From an uncultured Bacteroidota bacterium (GTDB lineage: Bacteria > Bacteroidota > Ignavibacteria > UBA10030 > UBA6906), in the NCBI GenBank assembly GCA_963700635.1, contig CAVOYH010000001.1, positions 256,001 to 320,000 of the forward strand: a stretch of DNA of 64,000 nt, written 5' to 3'. How positions within the stretch are numbered: position 1 is the first letter of the stretch; each line of letters starts with the position of its first letter. This document shows, one piece after another, positions 24,626 to 35,595 of the stretch. The translations under genes and the position numbers were made by a program. The notes beneath the pieces are model-generated. The model saw only the letters and a program-made list of their open reading frames with translations. It was not told where the DNA came from and ran no database searches.

Positions 24626-25261
24626 ATGTTGTCGAAACAGGATCAATCCTCAGATATGAAGAAACGGATCCTCGACTATGCCCATTCTCTCTTTGTAACT
24701 TCGGGCTTCTCGCGAGTCCCTGTGGAAGAAATCACTTCGGGACTGGGCATGAGCAAGAAAACCTTCTACAGGTATTTTGAAGGGAAGGAAGACCTCGTCC
24801 GGCAGATCGTCGAACGTCTTGTTGGCGAAAGCTCCCTCCGCATCCAGACAATCGTCGAGACAGACCAACCATTCGTTGCCAAACTGGAGAAGCTCACAAC
24901 CTTTTTGAGCCACCAGTTTCGGAAGATAAGCTCACCATTTCTTCGTGACCTCCAGATTCACTCTCCGGATACCTGGCAGTACATCCAGGAGTTCCGTCGT
25001 AAAAAAATCCTGACCGTGTGGGCAGGACTTATCGAACAGGGAAAACGTGAAGGGCAGATTCGACCGGAGACAAACTCCCGGCTTCTTCTCCTCTCCCTGC
25101 TCGGTGTTATCGAATCAGTCGTCAATCCGTCGACACTCGCCAATGAATCGTTCTCCATTGATGAGGCGCTGGAAGGGATCATGCAGATGCTCTTCCGGGG
25201 TGTCCTCACCGATGAGGCGGTCTACCGGCTTGATTCACTCCATCTGACACAACAACCATAG
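24626..25261 (+). CDS. TetR/AcrR family transcriptional regulator
   Basis: RILDYA..LF...GF....VEEI...LGMSKKTFYRYFEGKEDL HTH. Start may instead be ATG 24656. Confidence 0.93.
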   Translation: MLSKQDQSSDMKKRILDYAHSLFVTSGFSRVPVEEITSGLGMSKKTFYRYFEGKEDLVRQIVERLVGESSLRIQTIVETDQPFVAKLEKLTTFLSHQFRKISSPFLRDLQIHSPDTWQYIQEFRRKKILTVWAGLIEQGKREGQIRPETNSRLLLLSLLGVIESVVNPSTLANESFSIDEALEGIMQMLFRGVLTDEAVYRLDSLHLTQQP

Positions 25262-25269
25262 GAAGCAGT

Positions 25270-26211
25270 ATGCGCGATCTTCTGTCATTACTTGTACTTG
25301 CGGCACTCGGTGCCGCCGCGGCGGGGTGCGGAGGAAACGGAGACGGAACTATCGAAGCATCCGGGACCATCGAAGGAACAGAGATAAATGTGGCCGCCGA
25401 GGCGGGGGGACGGGTGCTGCACGTCCCTGTCACCGAAGGGGTACGCGTCACCGTCGGCGATACACTTGTTCTGATCAACGACGAGGAATACCGGCTCCAG
25501 CTCAAACAGGCCGAGGCAAACCTCGCTTCCCTCGACGCCGCCTACCGGCTTGCTCTTGAAGGTTCCCGCAAGGAAGACCTGCTTCAGGCCGAGGCAGCGT
25601 ATGCCTCCGCGAAGGCCGATCAGCAGCGTATGAAAGAGCTGCTCGCAACGGCGACCATTACACAGAAACAGTATGACGATGCCTACACGCGCTTCGTGGC
25701 TGCGGAGCAAACCTATGCCAAAATGAAAACAGGCCTCCGCCCGGCAGAGATTTCGGGTGCCCGCGCACGCCGGGAAGGAGCGTTGGCACAGGTGGAACTG
25801 CTGCATAAACGTATACGGGACTGCACCGTTCTCGCCCCAGCGCAGGGGACAGTGACCCTTCGCGCAGTTGAGCCGGGAGAATTTGTCGGGATGGGGAGTA
25901 ATGTGATCCGGCTTACGTTCCTTGACAGGGTGAAGCTGACGATCTATGTCAGCGAAGGGGAGCTTGGCCTCGTGACCCTCGGGCAATCAGCCGAAGTCTT
26001 CATCGATACCTTTGGCAAGGATCGTTCATTCGGGGGAACCGTCGTTTACGTATCCCCAAGCGCCGAGTTTACGCCAAAAAACGTCCAAACCAAGGAAGAA
26101 CGCACCAAGCTGGTTTTTGCCGTGAAGATCGAAGTCCACAACCCTGATGGCGCCTTGAAACCGGGGCTGCCCGCCGATGCGGTGCTGCGCGTTCCTGTGA
26201 AAGCACAATAA
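25270..26211 (+). CDS. HlyD-family membrane fusion lipoprotein (YbhG-like)
   Basis: Lipobox AAAGC, ASGTIEG, lipoyl-like halves, coiled coil, AEFTPKNVQT, LKPGLPAD. Confidence 0.92.
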   Translation: MRDLLSLLVLAALGAAAAGCGGNGDGTIEASGTIEGTEINVAAEAGGRVLHVPVTEGVRVTVGDTLVLINDEEYRLQLKQAEANLASLDAAYRLALEGSRKEDLLQAEAAYASAKADQQRMKELLATATITQKQYDDAYTRFVAAEQTYAKMKTGLRPAEISGARARREGALAQVELLHKRIRDCTVLAPAQGTVTLRAVEPGEFVGMGSNVIRLTFLDRVKLTIYVSEGELGLVTLGQSAEVFIDTFGKDRSFGGTVVYVSPSAEFTPKNVQTKEERTKLVFAVKIEVHNPDGALKPGLPADAVLRVPVKAQ

Positions 26212-27137
26212 TGCAACCCATCATTCGCACTGTTGCCCTCTCCCGATCCTTCGGCGCAGTCACTGCTGTCGACAGCGTGGACCTTACTGTCAACGAGGGA
26301 GAGATGTTCGGCATTGTCGGTCCGGACGGAGCAGGCAAGACAACACTTATCCGTTTGCTCTGTGGAATCCTCCTGTCTTCATCCGGGACCGCGCACGTTC
26401 TTGGAAAGGACCTCCTGAAGGAGCCTGACGCGGTGAAACGGGAGATCGGTTATCTTTCGCAACGGTTTACCCTTTACGGTGACCTGACGATCGACGAGAA
26501 CATCGAATTCTTCGCCGAAATAAACAATGTCTATGATTACAAAGCCCGGCGGGAACAACTTCTTGAATTCACCCGCCTGACGCCATTCCGGAACCGTCTG
26601 GCAGAACGGCTCTCCGGCGGCATGAAACAGAAGCTGGCCCTTGCCTGCACCCTGGTGCATACCCCCAGGATCATCTTCCTGGATGAACCAACGACCGGCG
26701 TGGATCCCGTGTCACGCCGCGACTTCTGGAAAATTCTCCAGAGTCTCATTCGCGAAGGGATTACCATCGTGATGACCACCCCGTATCTCGACGAAGCGGA
26801 GCGATGTACGCGTGTTGCACTTATGAACCGGGGCTCTATTATGCGCGTGGCACCTCCGATGGATCTCAAGGAGTCTATGAACGGGACGGTTGTGGAGATC
26901 TTATGCGATCGTGTCCGTGAGGGATTCCGGATCCTGAAGCAAAACCGTCCGGATGTCGAGGTGCAGGCTTTTGGAGACCGCCTGAACGTCGTGGTTCAGG
27001 ATGCTTCGCACGACATTGCGGACGTCACACGTATCCTCACCGCGGCCGGCGTTCACATCGCGACGACCCGGGTTGTTCCTCCCTCGCTGGAAAACGTATT
27101 TATCTCACTGTTGACACAGACCGAAGGTGTTGCATGA
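26211..27137 (+). CDS. ABC transporter ATP-binding protein (YbhF-like)
   Basis: GPDGAGKTT, LSGGMKQKL, LDEPTTGVDP. Confidence 0.94.
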   Translation: MQPIIRTVALSRSFGAVTAVDSVDLTVNEGEMFGIVGPDGAGKTTLIRLLCGILLSSSGTAHVLGKDLLKEPDAVKREIGYLSQRFTLYGDLTIDENIEFFAEINNVYDYKARREQLLEFTRLTPFRNRLAERLSGGMKQKLALACTLVHTPRIIFLDEPTTGVDPVSRRDFWKILQSLIREGITIVMTTPYLDEAERCTRVALMNRGSIMRVAPPMDLKESMNGTVVEILCDRVREGFRILKQNRPDVEVQAFGDRLNVVVQDASHDIADVTRILTAAGVHIATTRVVPPSLENVFISLLTQTEGVA

Positions 27138-28453
27138 AACGTTGTCTTGTTGTGTGCCTGATGCTTCCTTGTATGGTCTTTGCCGGCCAGGAAGAGGGAC
27201 TCACCGTGGAGAACGCCATCACGATCGGACTGGCACAGAGCCGCACTCTTCGGGCGTCTGCCGCGCGTGTGGAAGCAGCCGAGGCTCGCGCTGCTGAAGC
27301 GCAGACCTCACGCCTGCCCCTTCTGAAGGGTGAGGCAAGTTACCGACGGCTTAGCGAAGTCGACCCGTTCAGAGTGCAACTCCCTATTTCGCCGCAACCG
27401 GTAGAGATTTCGCCGACCGTTCTGGATAACACAGCGTTGCGCGTGAGTCTCCAGCAGCCGCTGTTTACAGGGTTCCGGATTGCCAGCACGATCCGTGTGG
27501 CGGAATTGGGCTCTCAGGCGGCGACGCTGGAGTACGCCAGCGACCGGTCGGATCTGGTCCTGAACATCATCGCAGCATACTGGACGCTCTATCAGGCGCG
27601 GGAAGCAGAGAGGTTTGCGGCGGAAAACGTCACCCGTCTTGAACAATATGCTCGTGATGCCGACCTGCTCCTGGGCGCCGGTGCTGCCACACGTAATGAT
27701 GTCCTGCGCATCCAGGTCCAGCTCTCCACTGCGCGGCTTGGCAGGATTGACGCCCAGAACGATGCCCGGCTTGCCGCCATGAATCTGAACATGCTGCTCG
27801 GCCGTCCCGTGGATATGCCTCTCCTGCTGCTGTCAGCCCCCGCACGTTCTTCGCCTCCGATTCCGGGCGCCGTCCACTCCATGATCACGGATGCACGCGA
27901 CAACCGGGCTGATCTGAAGTCCCTGCGCACGCGTGTTGAAGCATCGAGAGCCGGCGTGGGTGTTGCGCAGGCCGGATGGTGGCCGCAACTCGCGCTCAGC
28001 GGAAGTTTCCTGTACGCGCGGCCGAACAGCCGGTACCTGCCCACCCGCGACGAATTTAAGGGTACGTGGGAGGTCGGGGTGGCCCTCTCGATGGATATCT
28101 GGAATTGGGGTCAGACCTCATACCAGACGGCGCAGGCCGAAGCAACGCTCAGGCAAAACGAATTCCTGGCCTCACAGATGGAAGAGCTGGTTTCGCTTGA
28201 AGTTCACCGGGCCTCACTGCTGGTCTCCCGCGCGGTTGAGCGCACCGAGGTGGCAACATTGGCACTCCGTCAGGCGGAAGAACAGGCCCGGATGACACAG
28301 GACAAATACCGGAACGGGCTCGCGACGACAGCCGATCTTCTGGATGCCGAGGTCGCCCTGCATCAGGCAAAGACGACCGTCAGCGGCGCCCGCGTGGAAC
28401 AGGAAATCGCCCGGGCGCGCCTCACCCGAACCGTCGGGGGTCTCGCCCCATGA
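27134..28453 (+). CDS. TolC-family outer membrane efflux protein
   Basis: Signal peptide and two OEP repeats (LQQPLFTG; WWPQLALSG; Y.NGLAT..DLLDAE). Confidence 0.9.
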   Translation: MKRCLVVCLMLPCMVFAGQEEGLTVENAITIGLAQSRTLRASAARVEAAEARAAEAQTSRLPLLKGEASYRRLSEVDPFRVQLPISPQPVEISPTVLDNTALRVSLQQPLFTGFRIASTIRVAELGSQAATLEYASDRSDLVLNIIAAYWTLYQAREAERFAAENVTRLEQYARDADLLLGAGAATRNDVLRIQVQLSTARLGRIDAQNDARLAAMNLNMLLGRPVDMPLLLLSAPARSSPPIPGAVHSMITDARDNRADLKSLRTRVEASRAGVGVAQAGWWPQLALSGSFLYARPNSRYLPTRDEFKGTWEVGVALSMDIWNWGQTSYQTAQAEATLRQNEFLASQMEELVSLEVHRASLLVSRAVERTEVATLALRQAEEQARMTQDKYRNGLATTADLLDAEVALHQAKTTVSGARVEQEIARARLTRTVGGLAP

Positions 28454-29415
28454 CGGACGTGACAATAGATGTGCGCGATCTTACCAAACGTTTCGGTTCG
28501 TTTACGGCGGTTGACCATGTCTCGTTTACCGCGCGGCGGGGGGAGATTTTCGGCTTTCTCGGCGCGAATGGCGCAGGCAAATCCACGACCATCCGTATGC
28601 TCTGCGGCATCCTCCAGCCCACATCCGGCACGGCTCTTGTCGGTGGATACGATATCAACACACAGACCGAACTCGTCAAACAGAACATCGGCTACATGTC
28701 GCAACGCTTTTCGCTGTATGATGACCTCACAGTCGAACAGAACATCAGGTTCTTCGGCGGCGTCTATGGCCTTGATGCGGGCCGCCTGCGCGACCGGATG
28801 GCATGGGTCGTGGACATGGCGGACCTGCGGGGCCGGGAAACCGCGCTCACCCGTACACTCTCTGGAGGATGGAAACAGAGACTTGCGCTCGGGTGCGCGA
28901 TCCTCCACGAACCGCCCATTGTCTTTCTGGACGAACCCACCGGGGGAGTTGACCCGATCTCGCGACGGAATTTCTGGGAACTCATCAACCGGCTGTCTGA
29001 CGATGGCGTCACGGTCCTGGTGACGACACACTTCCTGGACGAGGCTGAGTATTGTAATGACATTATCTTGATCAACGCGGGCTCCCTGATCGCGTCCGGG
29101 AGTCCGATGGAACTCAAAACCAGACACATCACGACCCCGCTTCTCGAAGTTACGCTGGCCGAGGGAGAAATCGTGGAGGCCCTGGAGGCAGTCCGGGCCG
29201 AGCCCTGGGCAATCGAGACGTCGGTGTTTGGAACCCGTTTGCATGTGATGGTGGAAGATGAGGCCACCGGACGGGCGCAGCTCCGGGCTCTGCTCACTTC
29301 CCGGGGGAGCCGGCCCAAGACAATCGACCGGATTATCCCCTCGCTGGAGGACGTCTTTCTCTATCTGCTCGAACACGGTGGACGGCGCACCGAAGATCCC
29401 ACACGGCAAGGATAA
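28450..29415 (+). CDS. ABC transporter ATP-binding protein (YbhF-like)
   Basis: GANGAGKST, LSGGWKQRL, LDEPTGGVDP, TTHFLDEAE. Confidence 0.94.
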   Translation: MTDVTIDVRDLTKRFGSFTAVDHVSFTARRGEIFGFLGANGAGKSTTIRMLCGILQPTSGTALVGGYDINTQTELVKQNIGYMSQRFSLYDDLTVEQNIRFFGGVYGLDAGRLRDRMAWVVDMADLRGRETALTRTLSGGWKQRLALGCAILHEPPIVFLDEPTGGVDPISRRNFWELINRLSDDGVTVLVTTHFLDEAEYCNDIILINAGSLIASGSPMELKTRHITTPLLEVTLAEGEIVEALEAVRAEPWAIETSVFGTRLHVMVEDEATGRAQLRALLTSRGSRPKTIDRIIPSLEDVFLYLLEHGGRRTEDPTRQG

Positions 29416-29418
29416 CGT

Positions 29419-30552
29419 ATGGCGTTGCTCCGAATCCTCAAACCGATAGTTATCAAGGAGTTCCGGCAGATCCGCCGTGACCCGACATCACTCGGCATGC
29501 TTCTCGTTCTTCCCGCGGCGCTTATCGTCCTGGTCGGGTACGCCCTGAATTTTGATGTAAAACATGTGCCGATGCTGGTGATGGATCAAAGCCGGACTCC
29601 GGAAAGCCGTGAGTATCTCGCCATGTTCCAGCACTCCGAATATTTTACGCAGATTGCAACAGTGGATCGTTATGAGGACATCGAGGAGTCGTTTATGCAC
29701 GGCCGTGCGAAGATCGCCCTCGTAGTCCCGCCGGAATTCGGCCGCCACGTTATGGCCGGCCGGGGAACCCGGATTCAGATACTGGTTGACGGGTCCGATG
29801 CCAACACCTCGGGACAGGCCATGGGGAACGCGGTGCGGATGACCATGGACTATTCCAACCGGATCCTCCTGGAAAAGCTCCGCAGAACCGGACGGAATGC
29901 GTATGTTCCACTTGAGCTTCAGTCCCGCATCTGGTACAACCCGGACATGGTGACCTCGAAATTTCTGGTGCCCGGCCTGATCGGATTTATCATCATGCTC
30001 ACCGCCGTGATTTCCATTTCATTGACGGTTGTCCGGGAAAAAGAGCGGGGAACGATGGAACAAATCATGGTGTCACCCCTCCGGCCCATCGACGTGATCC
30101 TTGGCAAGACGCTTCCGTACATGGCCATCGCGCTGGCATCTGCCACGATTATCCTGCTGTTTGGATACATACTCTTCGACATCCGGATTACCGGGAGTAT
30201 GATCCTGCTGTATGCCGGCATTTTTATGATTGTCCTCGGATCCCTCGGACAGGGATTGTTGATTTCATCGATGACCGACTCGCAGCAGGTGGCCTTCATG
30301 ATCTCCGTGTTCTCGTCACTGCTGCCCTCGTTTCTGCTGTCAGGCTTTGTTTTTCCGGTTGCCAGCATGCCTGTCGTCCTGCAGGTGCTCTCGAATCTTG
30401 CCGTGGCAAAGTATTTCCTCGTTGTCGTGCGCGGCGTGATGCTCAAGGGCGTCGGCATAGAAGCCGTGTGGGAACAGTTCTTGTTTATGGGGCTATTTGC
30501 GCTGATCACAATCGGGATCAGCGTGAAGCGGCTTCAGAAGCGCACACTGTGA
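29419..30552 (+). CDS. ABC-2 type permease (YbhS-like)
   Basis: KEFRQIRRD, VDGSDAN, WYNP, VPGL, REKERGTMEQ. Confidence 0.92.
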   Translation: MALLRILKPIVIKEFRQIRRDPTSLGMLLVLPAALIVLVGYALNFDVKHVPMLVMDQSRTPESREYLAMFQHSEYFTQIATVDRYEDIEESFMHGRAKIALVVPPEFGRHVMAGRGTRIQILVDGSDANTSGQAMGNAVRMTMDYSNRILLEKLRRTGRNAYVPLELQSRIWYNPDMVTSKFLVPGLIGFIIMLTAVISISLTVVREKERGTMEQIMVSPLRPIDVILGKTLPYMAIALASATIILLFGYILFDIRITGSMILLYAGIFMIVLGSLGQGLLISSMTDSQQVAFMISVFSSLLPSFLLSGFVFPVASMPVVLQVLSNLAVAKYFLVVVRGVMLKGVGIEAVWEQFLFMGLFALITIGISVKRLQKRTL

Positions 30553-30578
30553 TCCGATTCAAGCAGAGGAAGAAGTTT

Positions 30579-31721
30579 ATGGCCGTACAGCGCAGTCTGT
30601 CAGTGATCGGTGAGATTATCAGGAAAGAATTCTACCAGATCCGGCAGGACAAACGGATGCTGGGCATTTCCATTGTCGCCCCGATTCTCCAGGTGATTCT
30701 TCTTGGCTATGCTGCCACCACCGACATCATCAACACCACGATGGTGGTATGTGACCAGGATCGAACCGCCGAGAGCAGGGCGTTTGTGCAGAGTTATACT
30801 TCCTCGGGGTACTTTATCCACGGGTACAGCGTCGAAACGCCCGGTGAGGTCGATGAGCTGGTGGCGGACGGTCGGGCAACCATTGCCCTTGTGATACCGC
30901 GCGGGTTCGCTGCTGCACTACTCGCGAGAAAAACGACCGCAGTGCAGGTGGTGCTTGACGGAACCGATGCGAACACCGCGAGTATTCTCCTTAATTATGC
31001 GACACAAATTGTGTCTACCTATTCGCAGAAGATCCTGCTTGAACAATCCACGGTAATGCGCTCCATGACGTCCGCACGGGTGCTGCCGGAACCGCGCGTA
31101 TGGTTTAACCCGGATCTCAAGAGTTCCAACTATATGGTGCCGGGAGTTGTGGCGCTGGTGCTCATGATCATCACCATGATGCTAACGTCGCTGGGCATAG
31201 TCCGGGAAAAGGAGATCGGCACGCTGGAACAGCTGATGGTCACACCCATCAAGCCGCATGAACTGATTCTGGGGAAGCTCATTCCGTTTACAGTCATTGG
31301 CTTCATCGATGTCCTGATCGTGCTCGGCCTTGCGCACTACTGGTTCGCCGTTCCGATGCTCGGAAGTCTTCCGCTTTTGTTCGGACTGAGCGGACTCTTT
31401 ATTCTCACCACGCTGGGGCTGGGGCTGTTTATTTCCACCGTTGCCCGGACACAACAGCAGGCCATGCTTATCGCCCAGTTCTTCTTCTTCATGCCGTTTT
31501 TGTTCCTTTCCGGGTTCACCTTTCCCATTGCGAACATGCCGGAGAGTATCCAGCTTATTACGTATGCGATACCGCTCAGGTACTTTCTGGAAATTGTGCG
31601 GGGGATTTTCCTCAAGGGCGCCGGCATCGGTGAACTCTGGTGGCAGGGGGTGACCCTGCTCGGGCTGGGGGTGATGATCTTTGCGCTGAGCGTATGGCGA
31701 TTCCAGAAAAAACTTGAATAA
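30579..31721 (+). CDS. ABC-2 type permease (YbhR-like)
   Basis: KEFYQIRQD, LDGTDAN, WFNP, REKEIGTLEQL, LSGFTFPI.NMP. Confidence 0.92.
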   Translation: MAVQRSLSVIGEIIRKEFYQIRQDKRMLGISIVAPILQVILLGYAATTDIINTTMVVCDQDRTAESRAFVQSYTSSGYFIHGYSVETPGEVDELVADGRATIALVIPRGFAAALLARKTTAVQVVLDGTDANTASILLNYATQIVSTYSQKILLEQSTVMRSMTSARVLPEPRVWFNPDLKSSNYMVPGVVALVLMIITMMLTSLGIVREKEIGTLEQLMVTPIKPHELILGKLIPFTVIGFIDVLIVLGLAHYWFAVPMLGSLPLLFGLSGLFILTTLGLGLFISTVARTQQQAMLIAQFFFFMPFLFLSGFTFPIANMPESIQLITYAIPLRYFLEIVRGIFLKGAGIGELWWQGVTLLGLGVMIFALSVWRFQKKLE

Positions 31722-31772
31722 AAGCGGGGAAATTGTGATGTTCCGGTCAACAGGAATCATCATGGAGGTGGT

Positions 31773-32477
31773 ATGGCGCGGCATCCGATCGAAGAAATGC
31801 AGTACCCCCCCTTCGCGGGATTTTCCAGGGAGACATTCCGTTTTCTCCGGAGACTCAAACGCAACAATAACCGTCCGTGGTTCCTGAAGCACAAGCAGGA
31901 ATATGAGGAACTGGTCCGGTTTCCGATGCAATGTCTGATCGCCGCTCTGGGACCCCGTCTCGCCGATGCCGCTCCGGATTTTGACTTCCATCCCCGGAAA
32001 TCCATCTTCCGGATCTACAGGGACGTCCGCTTCAGCAAGAACAAAGCTCCGTACAAGACCAACATTGCGGCGACATTCGAACCGCGGGGGAAAAGAAAAC
32101 CCACGGAGCAACCCGGACTGTATGTCGGGATTGAGCCGGGAGAGATTTTTGTCGGCGGTGGATTGTATATGCCTTCAGGGGAACAACTCAAGAGCATACG
32201 GGGGCAAATCGCTCAAGAGCCGCTTGAGTATCTTGCCGTCATTGAACATCCGCATTTCCGGCGCATGTTCGGAGAGGTGATGGGTGAGAAGCTGCAGCGA
32301 GCGCCGCTGGGATATCCGAAGGACCACGAGATGATCGCCCACCTGCGGATGAAGCAGTTTTTTGTCGGAAAAGTTCTCGGCGATGAGTCCAGTTTGTCAC
32401 CCAGATTCGCAGACACGGTTGCGCGGATCCTGACTGAAACGATGCCGTTTATACGCTGGCTGCAGCGCGCGTTGTAG
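31773..32477 (+). CDS. DUF2461 (TIGR02453) family protein
   Basis: FL..L..NNNRPWF..HK..YE, IFRIYRDVRFSKNKAPYK, GGGLYMP, L.RAP.GY. GGAGG SD. Confidence 0.88.
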   Translation: MARHPIEEMQYPPFAGFSRETFRFLRRLKRNNNRPWFLKHKQEYEELVRFPMQCLIAALGPRLADAAPDFDFHPRKSIFRIYRDVRFSKNKAPYKTNIAATFEPRGKRKPTEQPGLYVGIEPGEIFVGGGLYMPSGEQLKSIRGQIAQEPLEYLAVIEHPHFRRMFGEVMGEKLQRAPLGYPKDHEMIAHLRMKQFFVGKVLGDESSLSPRFADTVARILTETMPFIRWLQRAL

Positions 32478-32554
32478 GGCTCCGGGCGCCGCTGTATTCC
32501 CCGGGCACGCAGACGAATACCTCAATACCCACGACCCGCGTAAACTGTTGGAGA

Positions 32555-33724
32555 TTACGCCGAGCGTAATGCCGTGAGAATGTTCAGGCGCGAAGCACGG
32601 ACTGCTGGCAGAAAGCCCCCCGCAATGCCCATGATGACGGAGAAGAAGAGGGTCCAGCCTATGATTTCGGGAGTGAGTAAAAAGCCAAACGCCAATTCGG
32701 AAAAACTCCCAAAATTGGTTGTGGAGATCCGTACAAATGACATAAAGGAGGCAAGACTGAGTCCGACCGCACCGCCGAGTAGCGAGAGGATGATTGCTTC
32801 CACAAGAAACGCTCCCAGGATGCTCCGCCGGCGGAAACCAAGGGCGCGCATGGTTCCGATTTCCCGGGTGCGGTTTGCCACCGCCGCGTACATGGTGATC
32901 ATGGCCCCGATCATCGCGCCGACGCTGAAAATGATCGTTACGATCAGCCCCAGGTAACGAATAAAATCCGACATCATCTGCGACTGTTCGCGGTAGAACG
33001 CCTGTTCACCCTTTACTTCCAGATACGAAGTACGCGGATCCTGCTCGATTCGCACTTTGGCTGTTTCGAACATCTCCCGCGAGCGTAGCCGGAACGTCAT
33101 CGATGAAAACACAGGCCTGCCGAACGCAGGCATGGTTTGTTCCACGTCTCCCCATATTTCCGAGTCGAATGCCGTTCCCTGGCCGTTGATATGCCCGACG
33201 ATAGTCCATTGAGCGTCGCCGAACCGGAGTTGATCGCCGAGGGCGCAGTTCTGGAACTGTGAGGCGATGTTTTTGCCGACCACGATCTCCTGGGAACCGA
33301 AGGTGAACCAGCGGCCCGCTTCGAGGTTCACCTGGGGGCGGAGCTGGCGGGCTTCGGGGGAAATACCCCGCACGGAAATATTCCCCATATCATTTGAGCC
33401 GCGCTTCAGGAGATTGATGATGATAAAGGTCTCGGTGGAAACGAAGGGTTTGCCGTCCGGAAGCAGCGCCACTTCCGGAAACGTCTTTATAAGATTGGCG
33501 TGGTCACGTTCAATCTGGCTGACCAGTTCGGACGCAGCGGACTTCCTGAGCACGATGACATTGTCCGGCGATCCGGTTTCGATCAGGGTGTTTTCCACGC
33601 CGCGGGAAAGCATCAGGACCGATGCAAAAACAAACGCCACCAGAGCGATGCCGGTCAGTGTGAGGGCTGTTGTCAGACGGCGGGCCCAGAGACTCCGCCA
33701 GGTGTACACAAAGGGAATTTTCAT
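32555..33724 (-). CDS. MacB/FtsX-family ABC permease
   Basis: N-terminal TM, periplasmic domain, TMYAAV.NRTREIGTMRALGF, C-terminal PA.RASRL. Confidence 0.9.
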   Translation of the reverse strand: MKIPFVYTWRSLWARRLTTALTLTGIALVAFVFASVLMLSRGVENTLIETGSPDNVIVLRKSAASELVSQIERDHANLIKTFPEVALLPDGKPFVSTETFIIINLLKRGSNDMGNISVRGISPEARQLRPQVNLEAGRWFTFGSQEIVVGKNIASQFQNCALGDQLRFGDAQWTIVGHINGQGTAFDSEIWGDVEQTMPAFGRPVFSSMTFRLRSREMFETAKVRIEQDPRTSYLEVKGEQAFYREQSQMMSDFIRYLGLIVTIIFSVGAMIGAMITMYAAVANRTREIGTMRALGFRRRSILGAFLVEAIILSLLGGAVGLSLASFMSFVRISTTNFGSFSELAFGFLLTPEIIGWTLFFSVIMGIAGGFLPAVRASRLNILTALRSA

Positions 33725-33728
33725 ATGC

Positions 33729-34895
33729 TCATCCTATCGCTCGAAGACCTTCGGCGATGCTGGTCCGGAGGGCGCGAATCGTCGGAAATAACGCGGCGAC
33801 AACGCCGGCCAGAGCCGCCACTATCGCTGCAAGAACGATCGTAATCGTCTCAACATTAAACACGGGGAAAAAGGTCGGAAACATGGAAGCAAATCCTCCC
33901 GCAAGCGGGAACGTGAGCGCCAGGCCGAGTGCTCCACCGATACCCGCGATCAGCAGCGATTCGCCGGCTATAAGACCGATGATGTGACGCGGGGAAAAGC
34001 CGATCGTTTTCAACACCGCATACTCGGTGGTGCGTTCGCGGGCGGCCATCACGATGGTGTTTGCAAGGACAAGTAGGATGATCCCGATGATGATAAATGA
34101 AACGATCTCGAGCGAGCGGATAATTGCACTGGACATGGAAACAAAACCCTGCTGGAATTCCCGTTCCGTTTCGGTCTTTGTTCCTGCGCGGGAATTCAGG
34201 TACAGGGCGTCAATGGTTTGCGCCACCGTGGGCATGTCGGCGGGGTTATCCACGGTGAGGACAAACCACCCGATGTTCCCCTGACTGCTTGGCTGGATCT
34301 CCTTGATACGCTCATTCAGGTAGTTCCAGTGGAACAACATCTGCGTCTCATCGGTGGTTGCGTCTCTTCCTGTATAGAGTCCGCGGACAACAAAATCCCA
34401 CCGGCCGGGGTAGATATCGCCCTCCACCGTAATAATATCTCCGATCTTAAAACCGTGCTCTCTGGCGATTTTTTGTCCGACGATGCATGCATTACGATTC
34501 GCCTGAAAATCCTTGAGTTCCTTCTCAGAAACAAGGTACTCCGGATACACCTTAAAATAGGTGTCGGGATCGATTGCCATCCGGGGAAAGAAGTTCTTGA
34601 AATCAGCCGGGTCCTTAAATGTGCCCTGGAACCAGTTTGCAAAGGATACAGTGGAAACACCCGGAACGCGGGCGATCTGATCACGATAGGAGTAGGGCAG
34701 GGGGAAAATAAAAGAGACAGAGGAGCGCGTGATCATACGATTTGCTGCAGAGGCTTCCACACCGTAGGACCACGCTGTGACCACGGTGCGGAGGAACCCG
34801 AACGACATCACTGCAATGGCGATTCCCATGATGGTCAGAATGGTGCGTAGTTTATGGCGCAGGGCATTCTTCAGGACGAGTTTCACAACGAACAT
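33729..34895 (-). CDS. MacB/FtsX-family ABC permease
   Basis: KNALRHKLRT.LT, NT.VMA.RERT.EYAVLKTIGF, P.IRA.R.SIAEGLR. Confidence 0.9.
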   Translation of the reverse strand: MFVVKLVLKNALRHKLRTILTIMGIAIAVMSFGFLRTVVTAWSYGVEASAANRMITRSSVSFIFPLPYSYRDQIARVPGVSTVSFANWFQGTFKDPADFKNFFPRMAIDPDTYFKVYPEYLVSEKELKDFQANRNACIVGQKIAREHGFKIGDIITVEGDIYPGRWDFVVRGLYTGRDATTDETQMLFHWNYLNERIKEIQPSSQGNIGWFVLTVDNPADMPTVAQTIDALYLNSRAGTKTETEREFQQGFVSMSSAIIRSLEIVSFIIIGIILLVLANTIVMAARERTTEYAVLKTIGFSPRHIIGLIAGESLLIAGIGGALGLALTFPLAGGFASMFPTFFPVFNVETITIVLAAIVAALAGVVAALFPTIRALRTSIAEGLRAIG

Positions 34896-34905
34896 GGTAG
34901 GCTCC

Positions 34906-35568
34906 TCAGTTCAACTCGCCTTTGTCAAGTTGCATGACATTGTTTGCCTTTTCGGCAGCACGTGGATCGTGGGTGACCATCACGATGGTCTTTTTGAATT
35001 CTTTGTTCAGGCGATCCAGCAACGTTAACACTTCAGCCGCCGAGACGCGGTCCAGATCTCCGGTTGGTTCATCGGCTACAAGAACCGTCGGGTCGGTCAC
35101 AAGAGCCCGTGCAATCGCCACCCGCTGCTCCTGTCCGCCAGAAAGCTGCTTCGGGTAGTGTTTCATCCGGTCCGAAAGCCCCACCAGAGCAAGCGACGCT
35201 TCCACATGCTCCCTCCGTTCCCGTCTGGAAAGGTGGGTAAGCAGAAGGGGTAGCTCCACATTTTCGTAGGCTGTCAGGACAGGCAGCAAATTATAGAACT
35301 GAAAGATAAACCCGACATTGTTTGCACGCCAGCGGGCCAGAGCCGATTCGCTGAGGGCTGCAATCTCGGTCCCATTGACGCTGATGGAACCTTCATCGGG
35401 TTTGTCAATCCCTGCGATAAGATTCAGCAGGGTTGTTTTCCCTGATCCGGAAGGTCCCATCAATGCCAGGAACTCTCCGTCGGGCACCGAGATGCTGAGG
35501 TCATTCAGCACCGGGATAAGGATGGAATCACGATGGTATGATTTGGATACGTTTCGGACTTCGATCAT
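34906..35568 (-). CDS. ABC transporter ATP-binding protein (LolD/MacB type)
   Basis: [43 protein letters not shown]. Confidence 0.95.
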   Translation of the reverse strand: MIEVRNVSKSYHRDSILIPVLNDLSISVPDGEFLALMGPSGSGKTTLLNLIAGIDKPDEGSISVNGTEIAALSESALARWRANNVGFIFQFYNLLPVLTAYENVELPLLLTHLSRRERREHVEASLALVGLSDRMKHYPKQLSGGQEQRVAIARALVTDPTVLVADEPTGDLDRVSAAEVLTLLDRLNKEFKKTIVMVTHDPRAAEKANNVMQLDKGELN

Positions 35569-35595
35569 GATGGCTCCACAAGATACGCTACGGGA